Below the pieces are notes generated by a model, which saw nothing but the letters and a program-made list of their open reading frames with translations, did not search any database and had not been told where the DNA came from. Positions 1 to 13,489 of a stretch of DNA of 64,000 nt are shown piece after piece (positions within the stretch are counted from its first letter, which is position 1; each line of letters opens with the position of its first letter). This DNA is from Macrostomum hystrix. Taxonomy: Eukaryota > Animalia > Platyhelminthes. The stretch spans positions 19,096,001 to 19,160,000 of the forward strand of contig CATNEN010000039.1 of NCBI GenBank assembly GCA_950097015.1, read 5' to 3'. Both the position numbers and the translations under genes were made by a program.

Positions 1-1832
1 ATTTTTGCAGCTTCTTCACTGACATCACGTACTACTTCTAGTAATAGTAAATGAAAAATGTAGAAAAAAATGAAGAATAAAATAATATACAATTATAATC
101 TTTGCTGCCACTTTATCTCATAAACATAAAGGTCTTCTGCCCCAAGAAAAATTAATTGAGTAACAAAAACTAATAGTTAGATTATTAATTGAATTCTAAA
201 TAAACTTAAGTTTACTCAAAAGCAAAAAATATCACACATCAATAGTTGGATACACAGAATATGTTTAGCCTAGTCCACTAGCATCAGCTAATATACCAAT
301 TCGGAATATATAATTTCTACTAAAAAACATAAATTGGTCATGATTCTAGTCAACTAAAACTCTAAACTTTAACCCAAATTTGTACTATAGAATATTAGAA
401 AAAATGTGTTAAAAATTACAAACGAATGGTTTAAATATTACTCAAAGTAGTATTACATAAATTGTAGCTAAAATCATTGTTTATGGTCTTGTATATACTT
501 GGCAACAGTCCAAGGCATCACCTACAGAGTGAGGCAACTTCTGCCACACTTCAACCACAAGTGTGTAGCACAATTAAAATGAGAAAGAAGTCCCACCATT
601 TGATATGGTGACAGTTTTGAATATTGCTCAGCCTCAGCCTCAGTGTAGTTCTGCTATAAAAGTAGCTATTGGAAGTCTGATTTCTTATATCATTTCTTTC
701 TTTTTTCAGCAGTTTTTGTGTTCTCATTATTTGTTAATCAAGTAAAAATGATATAGGTAAATTACGGGACCTTATTTAGTGCCTAATGTTCATGGGGTAT
801 TTAGTCAATTTCAACACTCAATTATCTTTACTGTTATTTTAGCTAGGCAAATTACAAAATGTGCAAAATAAATACCAATCAATTTTTTGGCTATTTATGA
901 GGTTCCATAGGTACATATCTTTAGGATATGTTAATGTGTGAAAATGTAATAATTTCAGGACTCTGATATAATATCTTAGATATTGATAGCAATGCCAACA
1001 TGCAAAGTTTGGGCTTATACTTAGTTCAAAAAGCTATGAGGAGCCTTCTGGTTATTAACATTTTTGCTTTTTGGACCCTCTAGCAGTATCTGTGCCCTGT
1101 GTGGCATGCTAGGGTGGGGGTGCTAGTCACTTTGTCATCTACCATATCATCATATTGGATGACAAACTGACCAATTTAAATGGGTGCACTGTTGACAGAT
1201 GACAAAGTGACCAAGGTTCAACAGTTAATCAATTTGCGGATGACGAAGTGACTTAGATTATACTGATCTGAGAATTGTGCATGTAATGAGTATAGTTTGA
1301 TCCTGTACATTTTTGTGTAAGCGCATATACATGTGAGTTTTTTAGTGCCACTTGCAAGGAGAGATATACATCTTTATGATCTACTCAGATTTTCATGTGC
1401 TCACTAGCATAACTAGCTCAAAAATGTGTGGCGCCACTTGGCTGTGCTTATTGACTACCACTGACTCACTTTGCGTATCTGTGTACTTATATTTAAGTAC
1501 CCTATTTAGTGTATACATTGCCAATGTGCATAGCTTACATGTGCAGCATGTTACATGCATCTATGAAACAGTTTGATCGTGCAATATTGTAGGCTGCACA
1601 TTGCCATCAGTCATTTTGTAAAGAATATAAAGTACGGTTTGGCCATTTTATATAAAGTCGCACTCTCAGCTAAGCCATCTCTAGAGAGTTCTAATCACGT
1701 CAGTGTTAATTTTTTTGGCTCATGTTTGTGTTTCTAGAAAATGCCTGATTTGTGTATCCGTTGAGTACAGTGCCAGAAAAAATTCTGATTAAAGCCTTTT
1801 GCTAGAATGTTCATGATTGGGACACATTCCAC

Positions 1833-2062
1833 CATACATGCGCAACACCCGGCAAACCCGGCCGGGTGAAACGAGTGCCAACCAAGGTATGTTGCAAAAA
1901 CCAATCTACCAAGCGCAAAAAATCAAAGGGACAAAAAAGGAAGGTGTGAAGAAAAGGAAAAGGGGGAGAGAAAAAGAGAGCAAATGAGAGCAAACTAAGT
2001 CATAAATAGAGCAAAAACTAAGTCGCACTGCTGGCAAAGATTTAGGAGGTTGCGCATGTATG
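1833..2062. mobile_element. Non-autonomous hAT-type MITE (~230 bp)
   Basis: 14-bp terminal inverted repeats CATACATGCGCAAC (1833-1846) and GTTGCGCATGTATG (2049-2062); exact 8-bp flanking direct repeat CATTCCAC (1825-1832, 2063-2070). An 8-bp TSD is typical of hAT. Confidence 0.8.
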
Positions 2063-4069
2063 CATTCCACCATTTGCACAGCAACAGCAGCATTAACAGC
2101 AGCATCACTAAGCTTGTAGAGTGATCTAGTGCTGGTTATTTATGCGCCGAGCTACAATCTGACAATGCACAATTACGTACAGTTTTCAAAAGTTTTACTT
2201 CTTTTACTTTAATTTTTAGTCTCATTATTTTACTTTTACATTTTACACTTAAAATGCGACAAGAAAAATATATTTGAAATTTAAATTTTTACAAGCGAAT
2301 AAAAACATTCTTCACATAAAAAATGAAGACAAGACGAAGTCAAATAATTCTTAAATGAATAGCTAAATGAACTAACGACAACATGTATTAATATAAAAAT
2401 AAAAACAAGAAAACTATAAAAACGTTTAGCATATTCGACGGTGTAGAGTTACTTGCAATTTCAATTTTAGTGCAATTCTGCATTGTAGGTGTCTTAGAAA
2501 ATATCAGTTTTAAAAACACTCAAAATATAACCACAAATAAAGTAAAGAAACAATTCTTTAATATTGTTTAGAAAGTAATAATGATATTAACTATACGTCA
2601 GTCACAGCAACGTAGAAGATACTGTGTTAAAGGTGTTATAATATGATAATAATTCAATATTCGCCGGTTTGCAGAAACGTGGCTTAGTCGGACGGAGGGG
2701 AGCGATGCGTTTTTTGGTTACTTGTAATCGCCATGTTTTGGCGCCTTTAGTTGATATGTCAGTATTTTTTATGGCTTACTATACGTCTATATTTGACTAT
2801 TGCAACTCTATACAAATCGTGATATATCGGGATGTTTTAGACTTTATTTTATGAAGTAGTTTTGCAAATGCTATATCGACATCGTATATAGCATTCTATA
2901 TATATATATATATCGTATTATATATGGCAATAGACAATTGACTACTTTAATTAATTTTATTTAAAAGTTAACATAGGGCCTAACTATATGTTCTTCTTTG
3001 TGATCTTTGTGGTTTCTTTTACCCATAAAACTGCTAATCAGTAAAACTGGCAGTAGGCCTAACTCCAACATTTTCTGGTCCCAAGCCCAGTTCATGAGAA
3101 AGGAGAAAGGCTGCATTTCAACAGACAATACAGCATAGTCATAGATTTGAGTAGGCCTATATTATAATACATATTGGCCTGCCATGTAGGCACTGTAAAT
3201 GTGCTCACTTTGATATGCAATTATACAAAAGCAAGTATAAATGTAACTCTTTTGGGCTAGTTGATAAAGTGACCAAATATAGGGATAAGTCCATTGACAA
3301 CCATTCAAAATATAGCAGTTGACAAAGTGACTTTAGGCTTTAGTGAGTTTAAGCTATATAATAAAATGATTGATTTCAATGTAGATAAATGCTACAGATA
3401 AGATTTTGTGTAGGCCTACTGTTAGTTAACTGTTAGTAGTTTTTTATTAAAGTTGCTATTTTTAGCTAATCCACTATACTAAAAATGAAATGCTTGCTTG
3501 GTTGTAATTGATTTTCTCCCGAACGGCTCAACCGATTTTCACCATTTCTTCACCAAAAGATGCCAAATATGGGGACAATTATACACGTATTTTTATTAAG
3601 CTTAACTTTATTGCTAAAGGGATTAAATATTCGAAAAACATGATTTTTTCAAAGGTCAAACCATCTTGGCCTATTGAGAATTTCACTCACTGCAACTGAA
3701 TTGAAATTGCATCGTCAAATTGCGCAATAACCCCAAGCTGATTGAATTTGAAGCCTGCACTCTGGAGACAAATTGGAAATAAATGTACACAACCAACCGC
3801 GAGACTGAGTGTACTCTATTTTCTCACTTCATTGTACAAAGCCAGAACTTTGAGAATTCATTTTATAAGGCTGATTTTTGCACCCACTAACCAACAGTCG
3901 GAATAGCCGATGTGTAGGCACTAGGAATAGGTTATAGGCTAGGTAGGCTAGGGTTCGATTCTGCATTTTTCAGACTAATTTTGAAGACTAATTTTCAGCC
4001 AGTAGTGATTGAAGATTATTTTGATTTATTTTTTTCATTTCGTAAACAAAATATCACAAATCATAGCAA

Positions 4070-7000
4070 ATCTGAGTTTGAATCATTGCAACAATACAGT
4101 CTGAATCATGGCTAAACCAGAGTCTGAAACATGGCTAAACCAGAGCTTGAATCATGGCTAAACTGGAGTCTGAATCATGGCTAAACCAGAGTCTGAATCA
4201 TTGCTAAACCAGAGTTTGAATCATGTCTAAACCAGAGCTTGAATGATGGCTAAACCAGTGTTTGAATCATGGCTAAACCAGAGTCTGAATCATGGCTTAA
4301 CCAGAGTTTGAATCATGGCTTAACCAGAGTTTGAATCATGGCCAAACCAGAGCTTGAATCATGGCTAAACCAGAGTCTGAATCATGGCAAAACTGGAGTC
4401 TGAATCATGGCTAAACCAGAGTCTGAATCATTGCTAAACCAGAGTTTGAATCATGTCTAAACCAGAGCTTGAATGATGGCTAAACCAGTGTTTGAATCAT
4501 GGCTAAACCAGAGTCTGAATCATGGCTTAACCAGAGTTTGAATCATGGCTTAACCAGAGTTTGAATCATGGCCAAACCAGAGCTTGAATCATGGCTAAAC
4601 CAGAGTCTGAATCATGGCAAAACTGGAGTCTGAATCATGGCTAAACCAGAGTCTGAATCATTGCTAAACCAGAGTCTGAATCATGGCTAAACCAGAGTCT
4701 GAATCATGGCTAAACCAGAGTTTGAATCATGGCTAAACCAGAGTTTGAATCACGGCTAAACCAGAGTCTGAATCATGGTTAACCTAGAGTCTGAATCATG
4801 GCTAAATTTGAATCAAGGCGAAACCAGAGTTTGAATCATGGCTACACCAGAGTTTAAATCATGGCTAAAACAGAGTTTGAATCATGGCTAAAGCAGACTT
4901 TAAATCATCACAGCGTCTGAATCATGGCTAAACCAGAGTTTGAATCATGGCTAAACCAGAGTCTGAATCATGGCTAAACCAACGTTTGAATCATGGCTAA
5001 CCTAGAGTCTGAATCATGGCTAAATTTGAATCAAGGCGAAACTAGAGTTTGAATCATGGCTACACCAGAGTTTAAATCATGGCTAAACCAGAGTCTGAAT
5101 CATGGCTTAACCAGAGTTTGAATCATGGCTTAACCAGAGTTTGAATCATGGCCAAACCAGAGCTTGAATCATGGCTAAACCAGAGTCTGAATCATGGCAA
5201 AACTGGAGTCTGAATCATGGCTAAACCAGAGTCTGAATCATTGCTAAACCAGAGTCTGAATCATGGCTAAACCAGAGTCTGAATCATGGCTAAACCAGAG
5301 TTTGAATCATGGCTAAACCAGAGTTTGAATCACGCCTAAACCAGAGTCTGAATCATGGTTAACCTAGAGTCTGAATCATGGCTAAATTTGAATCAAGGCG
5401 AAACCAGAGTTTGAATCATGGCTACACCAGAGTTTAAATCATGGCTAAAACAGAGTTTGAATCATGGCTAAAGCAGACTTTAAATCATCACAGCGTCTGA
5501 ATCATGGCTAAACCAGAGTTTGAATCATGGCTAAACCAGAGTCTGAATCATGGCTAAACCAACGTTTGAATCATGGCTAACCTAGAGTCTGAATCATGGC
5601 TAAATTTGAATCAAGGCGAAACTAGAGTTTGAATCATGGCTACACCAGAGTTTAAATCATGGCTAAAACAGAGTTTGAATCATGGCTAAAGCAGACTTTA
5701 AATCATCACAGCGTCTGAATCATGGCTAAACCAGAGCTTGAATCATGGCTAAACTGGAGTCTGAATCATGGCTAAACCAGAGTCTGAATCATTGCTAAAC
5801 CAGAGTTTGAATCATGGCTAAACCAGAGCTTGAATCATGGCTAAACTGGAGTCTGAATCATGGCTAAACCAGAGTCTGAATCATTGCTAAACAAGAGTTT
5901 GAATCATGGCTAAACCAGAGTTTGAATCATTCTAAACCAGCGTTTGAATCATGGCTAAACCAGAGTTTGAATCACGGCTAAACCAGAGTTTGAATCATGT
6001 CTAAACCAGAGCTTGAATGATGGCTAAACCAGTGTTTGAATCATGGCTAAAGCATAGTTTGAATCATGGCAAAACCAGAGTCTGAATCATGGCTAAACCA
6101 GAGTTTGAATCATGGCTTAACCAGAGTTTGAATCATGGCCAAACCAGAGCTTGAATCATGGCTAAACCAGAGTTTGAATCATGGCTAAACCAGAGCTTGA
6201 ATCATGGCTAAACTGGAGTCTGAATCATGGATAAACCAGAGTCTGAATCATTGCTAAACCAGAGTTTGAATCATGGCTAAACCAGAGCTTGAATCATGGC
6301 TAAACTGGAGTCTGAATCATGGCTAAACCAGAGTCTGAATCATTGCTAAACAAGAGTTTGAATCATGGCTAAACCAGAGTTTGAATCACGGCTAAACCAG
6401 TGTTTGAATCATGGCTAAACCAGAGTTTGAATCACGGCTAAACCAGAGTCTGAATCATGGCTAAACCAGAGTTTGAATCATGGCTAAACCAGAGTCTGAA
6501 TCATGGCTAAAGCATAGTTTGAATCATGGCTAAACCAGAGTCTGAATCATGGCTTAACCAGAGTCTGAATCATGGCTAAACCAGAGTTTGAATCATGGCT
6601 ACACCAGAGTCTGAATCATGGCAAAACGAGAGTTTGAATCATAGCCCACCAGGGTTTAAAACATGGCGAAACCAGAGTCTGAATCATGGCTAAACCAGAG
6701 TCTGAATCATGGCTAAACCAGAGTCTGAATCAAGGCTAAACCAGAGTCTGGATCATGGCTAAACCAGAGTCTGAATCATGGCTAAACCAGAGTCTGAATC
6801 AAGGCTAAACCAGAGTCTGGATCATGGCTAAACCAGAGTCTGAATCATGGCTACACCAGAGTCTGAATCATGGCTAAACCAGAGTCTGAACCATGGCTAA
6901 ACCAGAGTCTGAATCATGGCTAAACCAGAGTTTGAATCATAGCTAAACCAGAGTCTGAATCATGGCTACACCAGAGTCTGAATCATGGCTAAACCAGAGT

Positions 7001-7735
7001 CTGAATCATGGCTAAACCAGAGTCTGAATCATGGCTAAACCAGAGTCTGAATCAAGGCTAAACCAGAGTCTGAATCATGGCTAAACCAGAGTCTGAATCA
7101 TAGCTAAACCAGAGTCTGAATCATGGCTAAACCAGAGTCTGAATCATGGCTAAACCAGAGTCTGAATCATGGCTAAACCAGAGTCTGAATCAAGGCTAAA
7201 CCAGAGTCTGAATCATGGCTAAACCAGAGTCTGAATCAAGGCTAAACCAGAGTCAGAATCATGGCTAAACCAGAGTCTGAATCATGGCTAAACCAGAGTT
7301 TGAATCATAGCTAAACCAGAGTCTGAATCATGGCTACACCAGAGTCTGAATCATGGCTAAACCAGAGTTTGAATCATGGCTAAACCAGAGTCTGAATCAT
7401 GGCTAAACCAGAGTCTGAATCATGGCTAAACCAGAGTTTGAATCATAGCTAAACCAGAGTCTGAATCATGGCTACACCAGAGTCTGAATCATGGCTAAAC
7501 CAGAGTTTGAATCATGGCTAAACCAGAGTCTGAATCGTGGCTAAACCAGAGTCTGAATCATGGCTACACCAGAGTCTGAATCATGGCTAAACCAGAGTTT
7601 AAATCATAGCTAAACCAGCGTCTGAATCATGGCTAAACCAGAGTTTGAATCATAGCTAAACCAGCGTCTGAATCATGGCTAAACTAGATTCTGAATCATG
7701 GCTAAACCAGCGTTTGAATCATTGCTAAACCAGAA
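4070..7735. repeat. 23-bp minisatellite (GAATCATGGCTAAACCAGAGTCT), ~160 units, with higher-order duplications
   Basis: Tandem units are directly visible; variant blocks recur (e.g. AATTTGAATCAAGGCG at ~4805, 5022, 5385, 5602). Confidence 0.97.
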
Positions 7736-8712
7736 CTGGTGGATAATCGTCAACTGGGGGATCATGGTAAACTGGGGGATAATTGTCAACTGGGGGATCA
7801 TTGTCAACTGGAGGATCATTGGCAACTGGGGGATAATTGTCAACTGGGGGATAATTGTCACGGGGAAACATCACCAAATGCGGGATCATAATCAACTAGG
7901 GGATCATTGTCAACTAGGGGATCATGTTCAACTGGGGGAACATTGTCAACTGGGATCACCATCAATGGGGGATCATAGTCAACTGAGAGATAATTGTCGA
8001 CTGGGGGATAATCGTCAACTGGGGGATCATGGTCAACTGGAGGATCATTGTCAACGGGGGGATAATTGTCAACTGGGGGATAATTGTCAACTGGGGAGTC
8101 ATCATCAAATGCGGGATCATGGTTAACTGGGGGATAATTGTCAACTGGGGGATCATTGTCAACTGGGAGATCATTGTCAATGTCAACTGGGGGATCATTG
8201 TCAACTGGGGATCATTGTCAACTGGGGGTTTATCATCACCCGGAGGATCATTGTGAACTGGGGGGATCATTGTCAACTTGTTGATCATCATCAACTGGGG
8301 GATCATTGTCAACTGTGGGAACATTGTCAACTGGGGGAACGTTGTCAACTGGAGATTATCATCAATGGGGAGTCATCATTAACTGGGGGATCATTGTCAA
8401 CTGCGTGATCATCATCAATTGGGGGATTATTGTCAACTCGGGGATCATTGTCAGCTGTGGGAACATTGTCAACTGGGGATCATCATCAATGGGGAGTCAT
8501 CATTAACTGGGGGATCATTGTCAACTGCGTGATCATCATCAATTGAGGGATTATTGTCCACTGGGGGATCATAATCAACTGCGTGATCATCATCAATTGG
8601 GGGATTATTGTCAACGGGGGGATCATTGTCAACTGGGGGATCATTGTCAACTGGGGGATTATTGTCAACTGGGGGATCTTTATCAACTGGGGGATCATTG
8701 TCAACTGATCAT
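7736..8712. repeat. 18-bp minisatellite (CTGGGGGATCATTGTCAA)
   Basis: Tandem units are visible; they give the 6-aa-periodic spurious ORFs (IPQLTI / VNWGII). Confidence 0.95.
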
Positions 8713-11700
8713 TGTAGCGTAAAAAGGCTGAAAATGCAGCTGCTAAAAAGTGTATACTGGACGAAATCAAAATATTTCTGCTCCCCGAAGGGGGGCAAAA
8801 CTTGCTAGTATGTCACTAATGGGCCTAACTATTGAACATAAAATAGAAGTATTTACTTTAACTCTACTTTTAAATATGAGCAGCAGTCTATATGCTGCTA
8901 TTTCTCACTGGCTAAAGTCTTGCTATGGCTGCTGCCTAATAGTGGTCAGAGGTGATCGTGATTGTTGGGATCAGGGTTTTCATTTATTTCCAGGTAGGAT
9001 TTGGGATAGGAGGAGCCTATGCCAAAGCCCAAAACTAAGTGGAGAGTTGGAGTTGGAGACTGTCCTTTTGTAAGCTAACAAAAAACATAGACAACAGATG
9101 GATTACTTTTAAGTTTTAATAGTAGGTAAAACTTTATTTCTTCCTTGGTCCAGCCTACATCAAATTTTTCAAGCTCTTTCTGATTTTTGCCAAGCTATTC
9201 ATATATTAGGGACATAGGATAAGCCTATCTAGATTCCCAAATTTCTAAGAGTCCCAATCAGGATCCCACCCAACCCCTACTGCCTGGTGGTGACAAGTTA
9301 GCTAGAACAGTTTTTTGGTGATCCTGCACTAGGCGCCCTACTGCCCTTAATCATTTTAGGGGCCTAACCATTTTTAACTTTAAGAGTCTAGCAAGTTAAA
9401 ATTCAACAGAAAAAAGTTAAACAAACAATCAGAAACTGAGAAACAATAAAAATGGCCATAGTAAGCAATCCAATACAAAACTTGTTTGAAATATAATTGC
9501 TAGCTACTTGTAGGAGTGTAGCAAGTTCCAAGAATACCAGCTTGGCAACATCATGTACTACTATTCAACTTAACTATAATTTTTACTGGATTGCTTATTA
9601 GTTGAGACCAGTTAGTTTTTTATTTATGTTTCTGTTTAATCCTCTCTTGTCTGACTCTGAAAAGTAAAAATGGTTATGCCATTTAATACTATTAGATACA
9701 TTAGTATTAAGTTGGAGTGCATGATTCCTAGTTTTTATTGTATTCACTATTGTATTGTCTATGTCATAGGCCTTCTCTCTTTACTTTTATTTCCTATCTG
9801 CAAAAACTATACTTATTATAAATTTAGCTATTCTTACTATTATTTATCTCTCCCTTCACTATATAATATGGTTATTCTATAGCTATCTAACTCAGAATGA
9901 TATTATTTTCTACCTATGATAGCGATTTTGTGTCCGAGCGGCAAGACACCTTATAATACTGCACTGATTTTAACCAACCCTATTGAGCATCTAATGGATA
10001 AAGTTGTCTAATTCAACACGAATATTATTATCATATCTAACCTTCCCTATTCAGAACGTTTTTCCTTATATTATTCTAAAGCAATAATTAACACAAGAAC
10101 AACTCCAATTTATTTCACTCAGTTCTCTCTTCCTAAGATCTATTTCCCTAGTCTCCTCTTTTGTATTTCGGGACAAAAACGTCAAGTCTTTTTAGGCAAA
10201 AATTGCATGATATAATAGTATTTTGGGTGGGGGTTGGTGTATTTGGCGTAAATTCAACTTTAGGTTTTACGGGAATATTTCATAAGTCTGCCTCATCTAT
10301 TGTAGACAGTTATCTTGGAGTTTATATACTTTTTAATATGTTGTGCTTAAACTTTAGTCCTGCAAAATAGTTATAAATTTAGCAGGTCCATAGGGTTTTT
10401 AAAAGTGCTAAGTTATAAAAACAAAAAATTTTCTATCAACAAAACAATTATAATACCCTATCTGACTCCATCTAATACCCTATAATAATGGATCTAATCA
10501 ATATTGTAATTTTAATTAGGAATAATAGAACATGGCAGTAATTTTCTTGTCTGATTATAATGTAATGTTGATATTTTTGAAGCTAGCTTTTGGAAAAAGA
10601 GAGATAAAAACATTTAGCTCAGAAGGAAGCTAGGCTGAAATACACAAGACAAGTATATGTTTAATATGTTTTAGAAGCCAGATTTAGATTATTTTAGGGG
10701 CATAAATAGTCTTTATTGTCTGAGTCTCTGGATGGACTTACTAGGCAGAGAAGTGTCCTCCTTGGTACAAGACATTTAGACAAGCATATCTCCAAATAAC
10801 CATGCCACAGATTCAAAGCTTTACTTGCTATGTATGTGAAAGCATAGCAATGAAAGAATTTGCTAATTTATAATGATGGCTGTTGGTTTTCTCTCTGTGA
10901 TGAAACAAATGCAGTGCTTTTGTCTACGCACTGTATATTTTTGTATAGAAAATATTCATCTTTTTTATAACACTAGTTTGAGAAAGAGCTAGGTTTTGTA
11001 TATGATCCAACAATTTTCTGATAGAGTAGGATTGGAACCAAGATTTTAGCTAGGTTCCTAGAACTTTTTAGATTGTGGATTAAAATCTAGTTCAAAAGTA
11101 CTAGAACACTGAAAAACCTGAGATGGTTGGAGTTGTGTTTATCAGAAATATTCCATGTATTCTTACATCATGAGTAGCTTTTAAACTGTTTTGCCTAAAA
11201 TAAATAATATAGTATGCAGCCATTTCAGGGTGGACAAAAAATTATTGTTAAGAGCTATTGTTAATTAACCACTTAAAATTCTTTCAGTTTGTTAACTCAA
11301 CAACTTCAACTGGTTTCATTATAAACTACAAAACATCTAATTATAAATCAATGGCAATTTTGTCAGAAAGCCACAAGCCTTTAAAATACCAAGCAGTCTT
11401 TCATTTACATTACTTCTTATGCTCTAACTTGAAGTCAGAGCTATGGAGACACTGTGCTATCACTGGTGAGTGGCATATAATTCAATCTTATATGTGTGAA
11501 TGAATGAAAATAAAATATATTAATATTTAGCCATTTGGGACAAATGCACTGCAAACCACACAGTCACGCACACACACACACATATCCCTCCTAAGCTGCC
11601 AGAAGTCCATGGACTGTACTGAGGTTGGCACCACACCCACAAGCATTTCTACCTCAGCTAATAGTGTATAGAGCAGCAGCAATTGTACATGTAGTCAAGT

Positions 11701-12109
11701 TACTCCTTATCTGTTATTCTCTAAACCACTCTTATCTTTTTTTCAGCTTCATTTTGTCAGGTGTTTCTACCTGGCTGTTTTTTGTACATTTTAACTCTAC
11801 TGTATTTGAAAAAGTTAATAAAAGAAAAGATAAGGAAAATTCTTAATAAAGTCTGTATAGAAACAGTAAGTATATCTAAATAGCTATTAATTCAAATATT
11901 TATTAATTATTTAAGCAAGTCTTCGAAAAGAATATGATTAAAGGTAGCCATCGTGAACAAGTTAGGCGTGCTAATGGCTCAGTCGCAGCTACATTCAGGG
12001 TGCGTTGCTGTATTATTTCTGGTGCAAACCAATATTTTCTTCGAGATTTCAACAGTTAGCAACTACATATGTACACCCTCCATCCAATTCTCTAACTAGC
12101 AATTTTCCC

Positions 12110-12645
12110 CTATGGCTGGCACTTTGCCCCTCCAACCGATTCTATGGCTGGCACTTTGCCCCTCCACCCGATTCTATGGCTGGCGCTTTGCCCCTCCAAC
12201 CGATTCTATGGCTGGCGCTTTGCCCCTCCACCTGATTCTATGGCTGGGAGTTAAACCTCCACCCGATTCTATGGCTGGCGCTTTGCCCCTCCACCCGATT
12301 CTATGGCTGGGAGTTAAACCTCCACCCGATTCTATGGCTGGGAGTTAAACCTCCACCCGATTCTATGGCTGGGAGTTAAACCTCCACCCGATTCTATGGC
12401 TGGGAGTTAAACCTCCACCCGATTCTATGGCTGGCACTTTGCCCCTCCACCCGATTCTATGGCTGGCACTTTGCCCCTCCACCCGATTCTATGGCTGGCA
12501 CTACTGCCCCTCCACCCGATTCTATGGCTGGCGCTTTGCCCCTCCACCCGATTCTATGGCTGGGAGTTAAACCTCCACCCGATTCTATGGCTGGCACTTT
12601 GCCCCTCCACCCGATTCTATGGCTGGGAGTTAAACCTCCACCCGA
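12110..12645. repeat. 31/32-bp two-variant minisatellite (CTATGGCTGG[CACTTTGCCC|GAGTTAAAC]CTCCACCCGATT)
   Basis: Tandem units are visible, with two interleaved variants. Confidence 0.95.
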
Positions 12646-13489
12646 GTTTACTAGAAAAACTGAATTCAAAATTTTTATCAGCTTGGCTAATTCTGTAGCT
12701 CCAGTGGGCCAACATATAGGCCCTGGATTCTTTATGACCCAATCTTATTGGTTTTAGATAAAAATTGCGAAATGAAGTCTACACACGATGACTGTGGGTA
12801 ATTTATTTATTGTACAGTGAATCGTATAGTTTTGCTACGTCAAACATAGCTTAGAGCCGCCTAAAAGCTATTTAAAAACTTTTTCTGTCATCCCTAAAAT
12901 CCGTAGCCTTCCTACCTTCTCCTCCAATCTTGTTCAGAGCTTCTGCTTATTTTCCACCACTCCCTTGCTGTGCTAGGTGCAGGAGACAGGAGTCTCACCC
13001 GCTACTCAAACCTCCGCAGCTGCCAACGTACTGTTGGTATAACACCGGCTCAGCACTGTAGCCAATGCGTGCCCTCCTTATTATTCTCTGCTTTCCTCAT
13101 TTTGAAAATAAAATTGCTTCAGCCCTGCTTGCTGCCGCACTGTGGGTTGCGGTGTGCTTGCTTGGATCATGAAGGCAAGGGGAGAGGAAAGGAAACAATG
13201 CAGGCAGGTAGGGTAGGGTTTGTTAGGAGAGTGAATTATGAGGACAGTGGATGTTGGAGGTGGGTTGGTACTGGGGAAGAGGTAAAATGAAGATTCAGGC
13301 TATAGGGTTTTAGACAGACAAAATTGCTGCCTGAGTCAGTCTTGCTTGGACAAACCAGTTATCCCTCTGTTTCTGCTTGTTTCATTTTACGATAGTCGAT
13401 CCCGAGCGAGTCAGGGAAGCGAATCGTATTTTTATCGATTAGCTGTAAAATAGATTTATATTACTAGGGCCTGTCTCTGTCCCAGCGTC

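Noticed and set aside
2660-2760. YY1-like CGCCATGTT promoter motif
   Set aside because: A single short motif with no associated gene that I could support.
7679-8808. Periodic ORFs (IPQLT / VNWGII / QLGDH)
   Set aside because: Products of the 18-bp minisatellite.
9600-11200. Possible decayed retroelement (motif CCGAGCGGCAAGACAC at ~9934 also occurs at ~42080)
   Set aside because: Only a 16-bp shared motif and no recoverable RT motifs; too weak to annotate.
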